Assembly: GCA_013265495.1 (NCBI GenBank)
Contig: MU057484.1
Span: forward strand, 62,001-126,000
Source: Vicugna vicugna
Lineage: Eukaryota
Reading direction: 5' to 3'
DNA length: 64,000 bases
The number at the start of each line of letters is the position of its first letter. Position 1 is the first letter of the stretch. Below, in pieces: positions 1 to 11,960 of the stretch. The notes beneath the pieces are model-generated. The model searched no databases. It saw only the letters and a list, made by a program, of their open reading frames with translations, and had not been told where the DNA came from. A program made the translations under genes and the position numbers.

Positions 1-1820
1 TGGCAGGCTCCATACCTCGCCATCACCCCGCCGCCCCCGCACCTTAACGCACCCCCGGTGCAATATGACCCTGAGAAGGGTGACCTGGAAACGAGGCGCA
101 ACAGAGGCCGCCCCCACGTCAGGCCTCCAGAGAGATGGGAGGTTATCCTTCAGCTCGCAATAGGCAGCACCCCTCTCCTCTCAACCCCCTGATCCAACCG
201 CCCCCACCTCCCAGGAGCAACCTGACCTGGTGTGGTGTGTCAGGTGAATCTTGGGCGGGAGAGGCTGTTCCCAGGTGAGGTCAGGGGAAAGGAGAAGAAG
301 TGGCCCCATTAGGTGGGGCAGCTGCGATGGGAGGCTCGACCTCATCGCGTCCGCCTCCCAGGAGCAAGCTGACCTGGAGACGGGCATCCGGCTTCTTGGG
401 CAGCAGAGGACGTCCCCAGGATTGGCCACGGGGAAGAGGGGAGCAAATTGACAAGCTCTGAGCTGCAGGTCCTCTACCCCCGCCGTCGCCACTCTCGCAC
501 CTTAAAGGCACTTCCCAGGGCGCCCCTCCCCAGCAGGCTGAATGGGACAGGTGTGGCTGCTGATCTGGGGCAGGAGAGTCCACTCCCACACCAGGCCATC
601 GAGGAGACGGGAACCAATCCACCAACTCCCCAAGGCATCCCCATCCCCCCGCATCAGCCACTGCTCCTGCCCCCTGACCTCACGGTGGCCTCTTCAAGGG
701 AGCAGGCTGACCTGGAGATGGACGTCCGGCGAACTTGGGGCAACAGGGACTGCCCCCAGGGCAAACCATGAGGGGAAATGGGAGCAAATGGACCGGCTTC
801 ATGGGAAAACCCTCCGCTGATGCCACCATCCCCAACATACCACGCCCGCCTCCCGGGGTCAGGCTGACTAGGATACACGTGTCCCGTAACCCAGGGCAAC
901 AGAGACCGCCCCCAGGACAAGCCTCGGGGAAGATGGGAGCAAATGGGCCCGCTTCCCCGCTGCAGGCCCCCGACCCCCGCCACCCCTGCACCCTGACTAC
1001 CCTGCCTCCCGCCCCCAGTTGGCTAAGTGGGACAGGGGTGTCCCGGGACCTGGGGCAGCAGAGGCCGCCTGCAGGCCACGCGGTGCAGACATGGAGCTAA
1101 TCCACAAGCTACCACAGGGCAGCCTCCCTATCCTCGCAAACACCAACTTACCAGCTCCCTGACCGCACCGCACCCATCTCCCAGGAGCAAGCTCACCTGA
1201 AGTCGGACCTCAGGCAAATCTCCGGCAGACGTCGCCCCTAGGCCAGGCCGCGAAGGAGAGAAGAAATGGAGCAGCTCCCTGGAATGGCCCCCTCCCCCTG
1301 GCGCCGCCACCCCGCCTCCCGGGGGCAAGCTCACCTGGAGACCGGCGTCCCGCCTCTAGGGCAGAGGAGGCCGCTCCCAGGCTCCACCGCGGGGGAGAGC
1401 GGAGAGAATAGACCGGCTCCCCCGTGGCAGCCCCCCTACCCCCGTGGGCCCCGCAGCTTAACGACACCGCCTCCACTCCCAACTCAGCAAGATGAGTGGG
1501 ACAGCTGTGTCCGGCGACCTGGGGCAGCAGAGGCCGCTTCCAGGCCCGGCAACCGGGAGAAGGCAGCTTTTCCACCAGTTCGCCAGAGGCAGCCCAGCTC
1601 CGCCCCCCTGCCGCTGCCGCCGCCCCCTGACCTAACCGCCCCACCTCCCAGGAGCAAGCTTACTTGGAGTCCAACATCTGGCGAATCTCCGGCAGCCAAG
1701 GCCCCCCCAGTCCAGGCTGCAGGGAAGAGAAGAAATCGACTGGCTTGCCCGGGCAGCCTCCCACCCGCCGCCGCCGCCGCCAACCATTGCACTAGCCTCC
1801 TGGGGTCAGGCAGACTGCGA
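1..1820. repeat. GC-rich diverged tandem satellite, ~140-170 bp monomers
   Basis: Core motif CCTCCCAGGAGCA(A/G)GCT(G/C)ACCTGGAG or a variant recurs at about 68, 211, 358, 528, 695, 853, 1015, 1180, 1320, 1484, 1648 and 1799, usually followed by CCTGGGGCAGCAGAGGCCGC-like sequence. Confidence 0.85.
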
Positions 1821-1854
1821 GGATGTGCACTTGCCTTCTGATCCTGGCCACGTG

Positions 1855-2025
1855 CCTGAGCACCTCCCTGCACCCCTACACTCCCTGTACCTCTGCACCC
1901 CTGCCACTCTCTGCACTGCCTGCACCCCCGCATCCCCTGAACTGCCTGCACCCTCCAAAGCCCCTGCACCCCTGCCACCACTTACACCTTTGCACTGTGT
2001 ACACTCCTGCACCCCTGCATGTCCC
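1855..2025. repeat. Degenerate ~9-bp minisatellite (CCCTGCACC)n, i.e. (GGTGCAGGG)n on minus
   Basis: Repeated cccctgcac/ccctgtac/ctctgcac/cctgcac units lie directly between the satellite and unique sequence. Confidence 0.8.
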
Positions 2026-5000
2026 ACACACCACCTCTTGGGCCTGTGGTAGTCTCTGCTGTTAGACCAATGCACAGGACTCACATCTTTGCCAGTATAT
2101 GATGCATCAGTGGACGTATGGGGTTGGCTGCAGTAAGATACATGTTCCCGGTCACTAGCTTGGGCCACTAGGGTGATCTCTGTGATGTCACCCAGGACGG
2201 GCTCAGAGATAATGTTTTCTGGGAAGAGAGGAGTTGAAACCGGTCTTGAGGGCAGAGCTGTGCTCAACAGGCCGTCCACGCTTCATGTTTTACACAGGGC
2301 TTTGGAGAAGTGAAATGGATCCGGTCAAGTAAGACCAGCCTGCTGTGCGCCCACCTCAGTCTTGAGCTCTGAAGTAGACCGACGGGCTCCTACCTTCAGG
2401 ACCCAGTTTGGGCACCTGAATGGTCCCTTGGTGGCATCCTATTACTTCTCAGGAAGAAGTCTGGCTGCTTCCAACCCATGGCCCTCCCTCCTACTCTGCT
2501 GGCCTCAGGAAGGTTCCTTATTTGGGGAAGAAGGCAGCCCACCCCCTACCCAACCCCTCACCTTTCTCTAACCCAGGCTGGTGCTCTCTCTGCCCTTCAG
2601 AGTCTGGAAAGCCATTCCTCATCAGTTATGTCCCTTCTGAGATGGACTTGCTTCCACTCAATTCTAGGCAAGGATGCACCATGGAATGCACTGGGTAAGA
2701 GAACCAAAATAAATAGTTTCTTCTCTGAGCTTTTCTGTTTATCTACTGGGGATGGGTTGTGTGTAGTTTGCTACAGCTATTCGTGCGAGAGGCTAAAGCC
2801 ACCTGTCTGTCCTTGTTTTCATCTCCCCGCTGTCTTTGGGTTTTCCCTAGACACTCCTGAGACATTTACTTCTTTTAATTTTATTCCTGTCATTACACAG
2901 GGGCCCTACTGACATGGAGGTAAGTTGTTGGGGGAACGGGACAGATTATGTCATCTGTAGTCCTGTGATTATTTCTCATTTAGCCTGTGCCCTGAGCTGT
3001 GACCTCCACAAGTGTGTTTCTTTCCCCCAGCCCAATTTGGGTGACATAGAAGGTATTTCCCTTCCCTCAGGTAGGTTAGGCTCTGGTAAAATAATTTCTC
3101 ATTAAAAAAAAAACACACACACACAACCCCCCACAATGGAAGAGATTGTTCTTGGTGTATTTCAATAGAGCTATTTTTTCCTTTCCTGGCAGGAAGCATG
3201 AGTTTTCCTATGATTTTCACTCTGAGAACAGGGTACAGTCCTGGAGGTAAAATGCATGAAAAAGAGCAAGGGGCCCCTCTGACTGGCCCCCTGGAGTTGT
3301 CACACTCAGACTTCCCCAGGCTGAGCCTCCAGCTGGCCTCAGGGACCTGTTAAATCTGCCTGCCCCCGGGGTTCTTACAAAATCAGGTTCTGCCCTGGGA
3401 GCTGTGACTCTCCAAGCCTGCCTGGCTGCCTTTCTGGGTTGGGAGCAGCTTTTCCCCTCAGTTTTCTTGTGGATCTAAGAAGAGCAGTGGGTTTTCAGCT
3501 CCCTCAGCTCTGGTATTGTTTTCAGGACAGAAGGAGCAACTTCTGAGCACCTCACAAGCTGGACCACAGGCTGGAAGCCTCCCTTCCTCTGACTCCATGC
3601 AGACAATCAGTGGCTGTGGTTCTAGCCGAGTTTCTGAAGCTGTGGATTTAAGCACACAAATCCCAGCCCCCACAGGAGAACACAGTCTCATAAATCCCTA
3701 CAATTTCCACTGGTAACTACGGAGCTGATGGGGACACGGGTTTCAGGGCTGCAAAGGCCTGACTGCACGACTTGCTCCGTGGACTATTTACGTGGTTGTT
3801 CTGGGCCTTGTCTGAAGTGGCTTGCTTACCGCACCTGGTACATGGGAAATATAAAATAAGTACTAGAACCTCCACTTTTTCTCCCTCTTGGGCCTTCCAA
3901 ACTAAAAAGTAATAAGTGAACTCAGACAGCCGAGTCACCACAATGAGGTCAGACCAGCCTGGCTCTCCTGAGTGATGGGCACTGACTTACACGTTAACTC
4001 GGAACAGTAGGCAACCGCCTTCCTCTAACTGGGCCTCTCCCCACACCAGGCACGCCCTCAGCTGAGAGGGGGCCAACTCCCCCATGGAGGTGTGTGCTGG
4101 TGGTTTCAGTGTGACATGGCCCTGCCGGGACATGAACTTGCATTGAGGTGGAGGGTCGGGGGGGGTCCCTGCTGGGGCAGCAGGGGGCCTGGCAGCACCC
4201 TGCCCAGCCTGGTGCCTGGGTCTCCCCAACATCTCCTACGGCCCCCAGGTCAGCTCTCGTCCGGGCCAATCCACACACCTTCCCAGTATCTTTTCATTAA
4301 GTCCCTTTCTTGCTTTTATCAGCCAGAGGTGGTTTCTGTTGCTTTTTCAGTGAAACAGTGCAACAGGAAACCAGACTATTTCTAAGATCAGTAAAATACC
4401 AACTTCGGTCAGCTCGCCGGGCAGACCGTGTAGCACAAATTCCCGCACTGGGCTGTGCAAATGGCTTACGTGAAGGGTCCTCATCATCTGTCTTCAGAGA
4501 TACAGAAGCTGGTGGTTCAGGTAAAACCTCACGGAGGGATTGAGGAATCCAAGCTGGTTGATTTCAAAGACTAACCAGTTGGACCAGACCCCTGAGCTGT
4601 GGTCAGAAGCCTGGCTCAATGTCAAGCAGACTCAGAGACCTAAGTGTCCGGTGGGGTCGGTGCTGTTCCCTTTACAGGCTCTCGTTGGGGAGTCACTGTA
4701 GCCCCTTACACTCAGCAGGGAATCCAGCCCTCTTAGCCCCCACCCTGAGTGTTTCATGGCACAAATCTCGGGATAGTTTAATTTTCATCTTTGTTTAGGA
4801 GGATGAAGGTGGGGCAAGAGGTGACATAAATTCACACTTAGTGACACCAAGTCACAGCCAGTACCTCCTCCTCGGAGAGCTATGTGCTCCCACAGTGGTG
4901 GCTGGGGGGCTGGGCAGAGCCCCTCCACTGGTACCAGAGGGACTCACTCCTCTGGCTACAACTGATGGGTTGGACAACCAATCCAGAAGGGACAGAGCAT

Positions 5001-6399
5001 CTTTTCCGGGAATTTGGAACTGACACACAGAAATTAATTTCACTCATCTGGGGATTGGGAGGAGGGTGGGAATCAAATGAAACCAGAGCAGGAGAGAAAC
5101 TTACAAGTGAATGAGAGAGAGACAGAGAGACTGAGCTTGTGAGAGCAAATAGTAGGAAGGAAGGATAACAATCAGGGGACAGAGGAATTCCAGCTCCTGG
5201 CGGTCTAGTGTGTCCCAGCCCATCAACGAACCTGCGGGATGTTTAACATCATTCCAGTTTTGCAGATTAGGAAACAGGCTGAAAGAGATGGGGGTTGGCT
5301 TCAGGTGCACAGTTAATGTAAGTGCCACTGGACCCCTTGCTTCCCACTGCCTGAAGGCACCATGATCCTCATAGGGACCCTGCTGTGCTGACAGCCCAGC
5401 ACCCTGATCAAAGGGACCCTGTGAGAGTGGGAACCTCTCTGAGTGTGGAGAGTTCCCCGCACCAAGATTCCATGCACCAGCTGGCTCCCGCTCACCCCAC
5501 GTTAACGTCTCCCCAGCTGTGCAGTCTCCCGACACGCTTCCCTCCCAGTCAGGCACCCCCGTCCTTACCACCGAGTGTACTGCAAGAATTCAGGCTCAGG
5601 GATGCCCAAAGCAACACAAGCCCACGGGCTGTACAAACAGCAGACACCCAGCCCCACCTGGGCTCCATGGGGATAGTAGGTGTCCTCAACTTTCATGTAT
5701 CTAAGGCAATCTGCTCCTTCAGCTGAAGGCTATAGAGAAACATAAAAGGTCCAAAACATCGTTCAGTGAGGAAATCCTCCAAGGACCTGACTCCAGAGTC
5801 TACAATCAGGTGTGCTGGCCGCTCCTACCCCCGGACTTGGGGTGAAGGTGGATTATTGATCAGCACAATCGCCGGTGGCCCAGTTCCTGGGCTTGGCTGC
5901 CCAGAGGGGGCTGGGGGAATGGGTAAGTCCAGGGCACTCAGGAAGAGCACAGAGGCCCTGCCCTCACACCTCCGCACTTGTAAACCATTCCCCAAATCTC
6001 AAGGCATCGGGCAGAGTGCAGCCACCACAATAAGGAGATGATCCCATCTCTTGACTCACTTCTGTCGGTTCACTTACATGCTGAGCATCCACTGGGTCAC
6101 AGGACATGACAAACAGGATGGCCGATGGGACAAGCTTGGTACTTCCCACTGGATCGTGTTCAATCTGATGGAAGAATTATCACTCATAAACGGTTTCTCA
6201 AAGAAGACAAACTGAAGAGTGAATAAAATTTTAAAATATAAGTAAAGATCCCCCAGTCTCCCCGCCTAAGGTTAACAGCATAAAGAAAATAGATCTTGCC
6301 TTTGATCACCAAGGAAGTGGCCACCCCCTCTCAGGAGGAAAGGAGAGTTATTCTTTGAGCAGGACACAGAAGTGCTCCATTGGATTGGACCAGGGCCTC

Positions 6400-8850
6400 T
6401 GCATTCATTTAGCAAATCTGTATAAGCTCCTACTATGTATGGGAATCTAGTAACTAGACCCGTTCCCAAGGGTCTTGGGCTTTATCAGTCAACAAATTAG
6501 ACATGATTCCCCATCACTGGGGGCTCAGAATTTTAGCAGAGGAAACAGGAAGCATGTTGGGGGTAGCAAGAGCTTGGGGAAAAATAAGAGTGATATGAGC
6601 AAACTCAGGTGATGGTGGTGGGGTGGGAGGCAGGCAGGAGGGAATAAGGCAATCCTGGCAGATCTCACGGAGTAATGAACTTGAAGCAGAATAGATCCGG
6701 AGAAAGAAGGAAGAGCTGGAGCCAGAGGCCCCCAGAGTGATGGGGAAAGTGTGGGTGGAGAGGCAGAGCATGCCGGGTCCTGGAAGACTTTGGGACGACT
6801 TTGGCTCCTAATGAAATGGTGACCATTTTAGTGAGTTTTGGTGGGATGGGTGATGTCCAATTTATGCTATTTTGTGGTTTTTTTTGGGGGGGAGGGTAAT
6901 TTATATATTTTCGTGAAGGTGCTGTGGTTTGAACCCAGGATCTCATGCATGCTAACCATGCACTCTATCACTGAGCTACACCCATCCCCTCAATGTTTGG
7001 TTTTATAGGCTCCCTCCGACTTTGTGTGGATGATATTGTAGAAAAGCAAAGATGGAAGAAGAAGGCTATTTGGTGTCCAAGAAGGGGCTGAAGGTGGCTC
7101 CTAGGAGGGCAGGGGGCAGGGAGTAGGTGGTTAATGAAGACAGAGTATCCAGAATTTTCTAACAAGCTGGTTTTGCTGTGTGTGTGTGTGTGTGTGTAAG
7201 AGAAAGAGAGAGAAAGAACATAGTTCCAACATCTAGACCTGGAAAATGGGATGGATGTCCTCTCCATCCACAGGGGATGGGACAAGATCGGGCTGAGCAG
7301 GTAGAAAGGGGCTGGAATCAGCTCAGTTCTTCAATGTTATGGTTAAGAAGCCTATTAGATATTGCCACACAAATGCCTAATAGGTAGAGGAGTCTGGGTT
7401 TTTTTTTCCCTTTCTTTTTAACATTAAAAAAAATATAATTTAAATGTATTAATTTTATTATGTGAATGAATTTGAAATTTTAATTCATGCCGAGGTATAT
7501 GTTATAATATCCAAATGGAAAATATATCAGAAAAGGGGAGAAATGAGGGCTTTCACATAAACTGACTGTCCATAACGTAGGTAAAATTTCAATAAAACCA
7601 GTCTTCAGTGCAAAAACCTCATCTTGGTGTTACATAAAAATAAATGAAAAAGGTCTATGTTGATGTATCATTATTTCATGTTACATAATAGCCCCAAACA
7701 CACTGTTTAACTATGAGGCTTGTAGAAATACTATTCATGTTATTGACATAAATACAGAAATGCAGAAAGGTTCTAAGGTAGAATAAGCATCTTAGTGGAA
7801 ATAATAGCGATCTGAGCATTTTACATGATATGTATGGACTGATTCAAAATTTGGAAAAGTAATTTAATAGTAGAACATATGTATGAATGTGAAAGCTAGA
7901 TGAATGAAAGAAAAAGAATATGAGTATCAGAGAGAGAGTTCCAAATGGAAAGGGCAAATCAGGGAGTTTTGGACAAATTGAGAAATTGATGGCATGTCAA
8001 TTTCCAAGTCTGGTTGCTTCCACCAAAGGTATAGCAGAGAGATAGAGGAGAGACCCAGGGCCCAACTCCGGGGCACATTCGCAGTAAATGTTTGGAAAAA
8101 AGAGGAGACTTTGGCAAAAGACCAGTCCGTGGATCGAAAGCAGAGCGATTGGCTGGAGGCCAAGTAAAGCAGGAACACGGGGGAGGAGGGATGGAAGAGC
8201 TGGGTCAAATGCTGACAAAGGGCCACGCATGATGAAGACTAAAAACTGACCACTATATTTAGCAACGTGGGGTCACTGATGGCCTTGACAGAGCAGATTC
8301 CATAGAGCGAGGGATAAGGGGAAAATTCAGAGTGGGTGCAAAAGGAGATGGCTCAAGAGAATATGCAGACAGTGAGTTTCAACTACTCATTAAAGATTTG
8401 CTGCAAAGACATGGGGAGGCAATTGGTGGGGGCGAATTAGGGTCAAGGAGAGCTGTCTGTTTCTTTTAAGAGGATGGACTTTTATATACTGATAGGAGAC
8501 AACTAGCAGAACAAAGTAGATGAGGTAGTGACAGAGAGGATCGATGTGGGAGTGACAGCCTGGAGAAGATTGGATGGATAGGCCCCCTGGCGACTTTTGG
8601 AGGATCTGGTTTTCAATGTCACCTGTAATAAGAGGTAGGGCAGTGAGAGTGAGGTCACAGACATCAGAAGGCGAGTGGATGTGCTGGGAGTTGCTGGTGA
8701 AAGTTCTCTTCTGTTGGCTTCAGTTTGCTTGGCCAAAGTAGAAAAGTAAACTTACCAGCTGAGGAACGAGGAGGAAGAGTTACTGGAGTCATGAGCAGAA
8801 GATACGAAAGAGCCTTCAGGGACAATGGGACAGTGAAAAGAGCAGAGGGA
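6400..8850 (-). mobile_element. Fragmented ancient L2 LINE (interrupted by a SINE and AT-rich L1-like sequence)
   Basis: L2 3' end signature cattcatttagcaaat...ctactatgt at ~6403, followed by purine-rich L2-like body (tatttagcaacgtggggtcactgatggccttgacagagcag). Confidence 0.55.
6878..6990 (-). mobile_element. Camelid-type tRNA-derived SINE (Vic-1-like)
   Basis: Reverse complement reads GGGGATGGGTGTAGCTCAGTGATAGAGTGCATGGTTAGCATGCATGAGATCCTGGGTTCAAACC, containing A and B boxes, followed by an AATTACCCTCCCC-A tail. Confidence 0.85.
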
Positions 8851-11129
8851 GACATGGGGAGTGTGCTCTCAGAAAGTTACATTTTATCTTTGAGGTCCCC
8901 AAGTGTTTGAAGTGTGATTGCCCTTCCTGCTGTCTACGAAATAAAAATTAATTATGGTTCAGGGAAAATGCTATTTCATTCTAAGAGGCTGCCTGTTTCT
9001 CAGGAATGGTCATCTTAAGCTGCAAACATTACAAAAATGTTGAAAAGAAGAACTTGTGTACCCAAAGACCCACTATTGTCTATAAATTCGGTTGCTATTT
9101 AGTTCCCCTACCAATACCACAGAACCGATACTGCCTAGGATGGAGATACATCGATGCTTAAATGGAAATGAGATCTGTATCTTTTTCCTAAACTCCATGG
9201 CTTCCTTAACATCCCATTCCCCTTGGAATTTAGGGACGTCCGGTATAAGAAATGAGAAACAGTTTGAGAAAATCCAGGCTCAGAATTACACAGCACAACC
9301 TCAGCTCAGAAGTTTACAGCCTTAAAAATATTTAGAAGCAAAACTCCGTAACTACTCTTAAAGAATTTTGCAAACCTGGGCCTGCCCAGATGTTTCCAAA
9401 CTGGAAAGGTACTCCAATCACTTGACTGGTACGGGAACCAGAGGCTGGTCAGCCTTTTCTGTAAAAGCCAGAGAGTAAATATTTTCAGTTTTGCAGATCA
9501 TTTTGTTGTAACCATGCAGGTCTGCAATAAGAAAGCTAAGAGCAATAGGAGACAGGAAACAAATCGGCATGATCACACCCTCCCTTCCACTCAGGGCAGC
9601 TTCTCTGTGGTGGGGAGCTTTACCACAATTACTTGTTTCTTTGTTTCCATTGGTTTCTTTGTTTCCACCTTACTGCTCAAGCTCAGAACTTCAAGTGAGC
9701 CTGGTCCTTCAGCATCCATGCAGAGAGAAGGCTGAGCGGGGTGGGGACTCCACCTGACAGAGAAGAGAGATGGCTTGTCACCATGACATGAGACAATCAC
9801 ACCTTCCGGGGTGAAAGGGAACACAGATAAGCAATGGGCACAGCAGTGGGACCCCTGGGTCACCTACCAGGCTTGCTCTCCCTCCACGGCCACCCTGGGG
9901 ACCTGGGGGGTGTTGGGACTCAGCTACAGTGATTAGACTGAGGGGACTCAGGATAAAGGACCCTCTGCCCCCACACCGGGTTCCAAGCGCAGCCCCTCTA
10001 AGTCTACCCTCTGAGTTTCTGGAACTCAGCAGGAAGAATACATGGTCAGGCCAGACCCAGAGCCCAAGCCAAACACGACAGAGGTCACGTGGGATTGTAA
10101 CCCCGTGCTCAGTGGTCAGGGTCTCCTTGCAAATCTGTGGAAATCCTTGTTCCACCTCATTCCTGGGAGAAACCCCAGATCTCCTCTTGCTCTGTCTGTT
10201 CTTTTCTTGAGGCTATTGTCCTGGAGGGATGCAGAGTCCTTGAACCTGGCCCTCCAAACTTACATAAGCAGCCTCTTCAATAAAACAAATTATGCACTTT
10301 TTCACATTTGCCAGTTTTTTATTTGATTCCAGCTGCGGGACTCTTTCTCACTGTCTCCTGTGCCCCCACCACTTGGTGGCCCTCTGCTCATGGAAACATG
10401 ATTTCCCACAACTGCACCCTGTCTCCCAGCTTGTCAGAGGGGAGTGACCCACAAAGACACAGGTGTTTGTGAGGATCCTGTCCCACAGCAGAAAGCCTAC
10501 TCCTGGAGCCACAGACAAGGATCTGGCCTCCTGAGCTGCTCAGCTCTAATTCAAAGCCTAAACTGGGGACCCCGAACATTGCTGAATGACTTTCTGAGTC
10601 ACCTGGGCTGGAGGGGCCTGATTTATCTTTCCAGGAATGGATGTAGCACAGCTTCCATTTTAGGGCTGACATTCATGATGGATCTAGTTCCCCCAACTGC
10701 ACCCCAGGAAGGAGAGGCCCTTCCATCCCACTGGTTGGAAACACAGCCCAGGGGTGTTCCGAAGCACCGCATCGCTGTCAGGTCCAGCATCCCTGCAGAG
10801 TGGCCCCTGCCCCTGAACGAGCCCCTTCCCTGCCGGGACATGACCACACGCCAGGGTGGTGCTGGGTAAGGCAGGGAGTGCAGTGAAGGGTGAGGGGAGC
10901 AGAGCCCCTTGCTCTGGAGTGAGGGTTCTTGGGGAGACCACAGAGCAAGGCACACACCACCCCCATCCTATACCCCAAACTCTTAGCCCCGTCAACACAG
11001 GGGCCTCTCTGCGCCCTCTCACCGTGGCTCTCCTGTGAGACCGCATCCAACACGGCATCTGGCACCCCAGCCCTACCTCCCCTCTTATGACAGATCCCGT
11101 CTTCTTGGAAACTGCCTAGCAGCGCGTAT

Positions 11130-11960
11130 TCAAGGCCGGCAGCGGGCCTGGTGGATCTGCACTTCAGGTGCCCTACCTGGCCATCCATGCGTGCCTGGGC
11201 TCAGTCCTCCATCTTGCTCACCGGTAGCCTGGGTCCACGTCCGGTGCAAGCGGAGGCTGCGGAGCCCAGGCTGATCCCCACAAACGGACAGGTGAGGGTG
11301 CCCCGCCCCGCTGCCCCGCCCACTGGCGGCAGCATCACCCCAGCCTCCGGCCGGCGACACGTGCAGGTCAGGACTTCCCCGCGGCCCCTCCCTCCCCGGC
11401 CCCACCCAGCTGTCCCATAAGCCTTCCCCCACCCCCGTTCTGGCCGCGCCCTGGCTCCCATTGGCTCCGCAAGTTCTGCCCTCGCACATCTAGACTCGGG
11501 AGGACGCACGACGCAAGCGCTAGGGGAGGGCCCCGCGGCGTTGCTATGGCTACAGGCGTCGCTCCGCGCGGGCCTGCGTGCGGTTCTGGGGCGGGGAGCG
11601 ACACCGGAAGTGTGTAACTGCCATGGACCATGGCGGTGCTTGCTGCTGGGGATGGCGGCTTGCTCGGCCAGGCGACTAGTACTAGCCTGGTCAGTCGGCG
11701 GCCGACATCCTGTCTGGGGCGGCGTCCCACAGACGGTAAACGTAAGTCCGCGCCGTTGGCGGGGCCGGTTGACATGAACCGGGGTGGGATCGGGGTTGGG
11801 GTGGTGGCCGGGGAGGGCTGTGGTGCAGGGGAGCGTGTTGGGGCGGGGCAGGGCTTGGGCACAGCCTCGGGCTTTCCTCCCCCTCAGGCCCTGGGGCTGG
11901 GGCCGCGAGTCTGGGTCGCCCTGGGTGGCCTCGGCCTCCCAGAACCCCCGGGAAGGGCAG
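11130..11960. promoter_or_regulatory. CpG-island promoter, probably bidirectional
   Basis: Dense CpG. ATTGG (reverse CCAAT) 11460-11464, RFX X-box-like GTTGCTATGGCTAC 11540-11553, GC box GGGGCGGGG 11588-11596 and ETS/GABP ACCGGAAGTG 11603-11612 lie just upstream of the POFUT2 ATG. Confidence 0.8.
11630..11735 (+). pseudogene. POFUT2: POFUT2 exon 1 remnant (protein O-fucosyltransferase 2), disabled
   Basis: 11686-11735 encodes PGQSAADILSGAASHRR then GT; human POFUT2 exon 1 ends WPGQSAADILSGAASRRR. The Trp codon is TAG (11683-11685), the signal-peptide part is shortened, and the ATG at 11630 is out of frame with the conserved part. Confidence 0.9.

Larger units (their letters stand above)
2085..9753 (-). 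pseudogene. Candidate multi-exon gene remnant of unknown product, divergent from the POFUT2 copy and truncated at the satellite
   Basis: AG/GT-bounded minus-strand segments: 9753-9624 (ATG at 9719, MDAEGPGSLEVLSLSSKVETKKPMETKKQVIV), 6164-6078 (87 nt), 5729-5658 (72), 5019-4948 (72), 4508-4470 (39), 4121-3991 (131), 3639-3556 (84), 2690-2562 (129, in-frame TAA at 2628-2626) and 2218-2085 (134). Most lengths are multiples of 3. Most donors are gtaag/gtgag. Predicted by eye only. Confidence 0.45.

Noticed and set aside
1..1820. Repeat-spacer-like periodicity suggesting CRISPR
   Set aside because: Mammalian context, degenerate repeats, intervening sequences homologous to each other, and no cas genes.
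181..1981. Many overlapping 100-190 aa ORFs
   Set aside because: They lie in GC-rich satellite, where stop codons are scarce; the peptides repeat the monomer (RLQVSLLLG) and resemble no protein I know.
2298..3711. Plus-strand small exon candidates (2298-2328, 2577-2694, 2901-2918, 3526-3711)
   Set aside because: No coherent frame or promoter; the minus-strand model fits better, though antisense splicing is not excluded.
4120..10843. Identical 16-mer ccctgccgggacatga at 4120 and 10828
   Set aside because: One 16-mer match is about what chance gives in 64 kb, and the flanks do not align.
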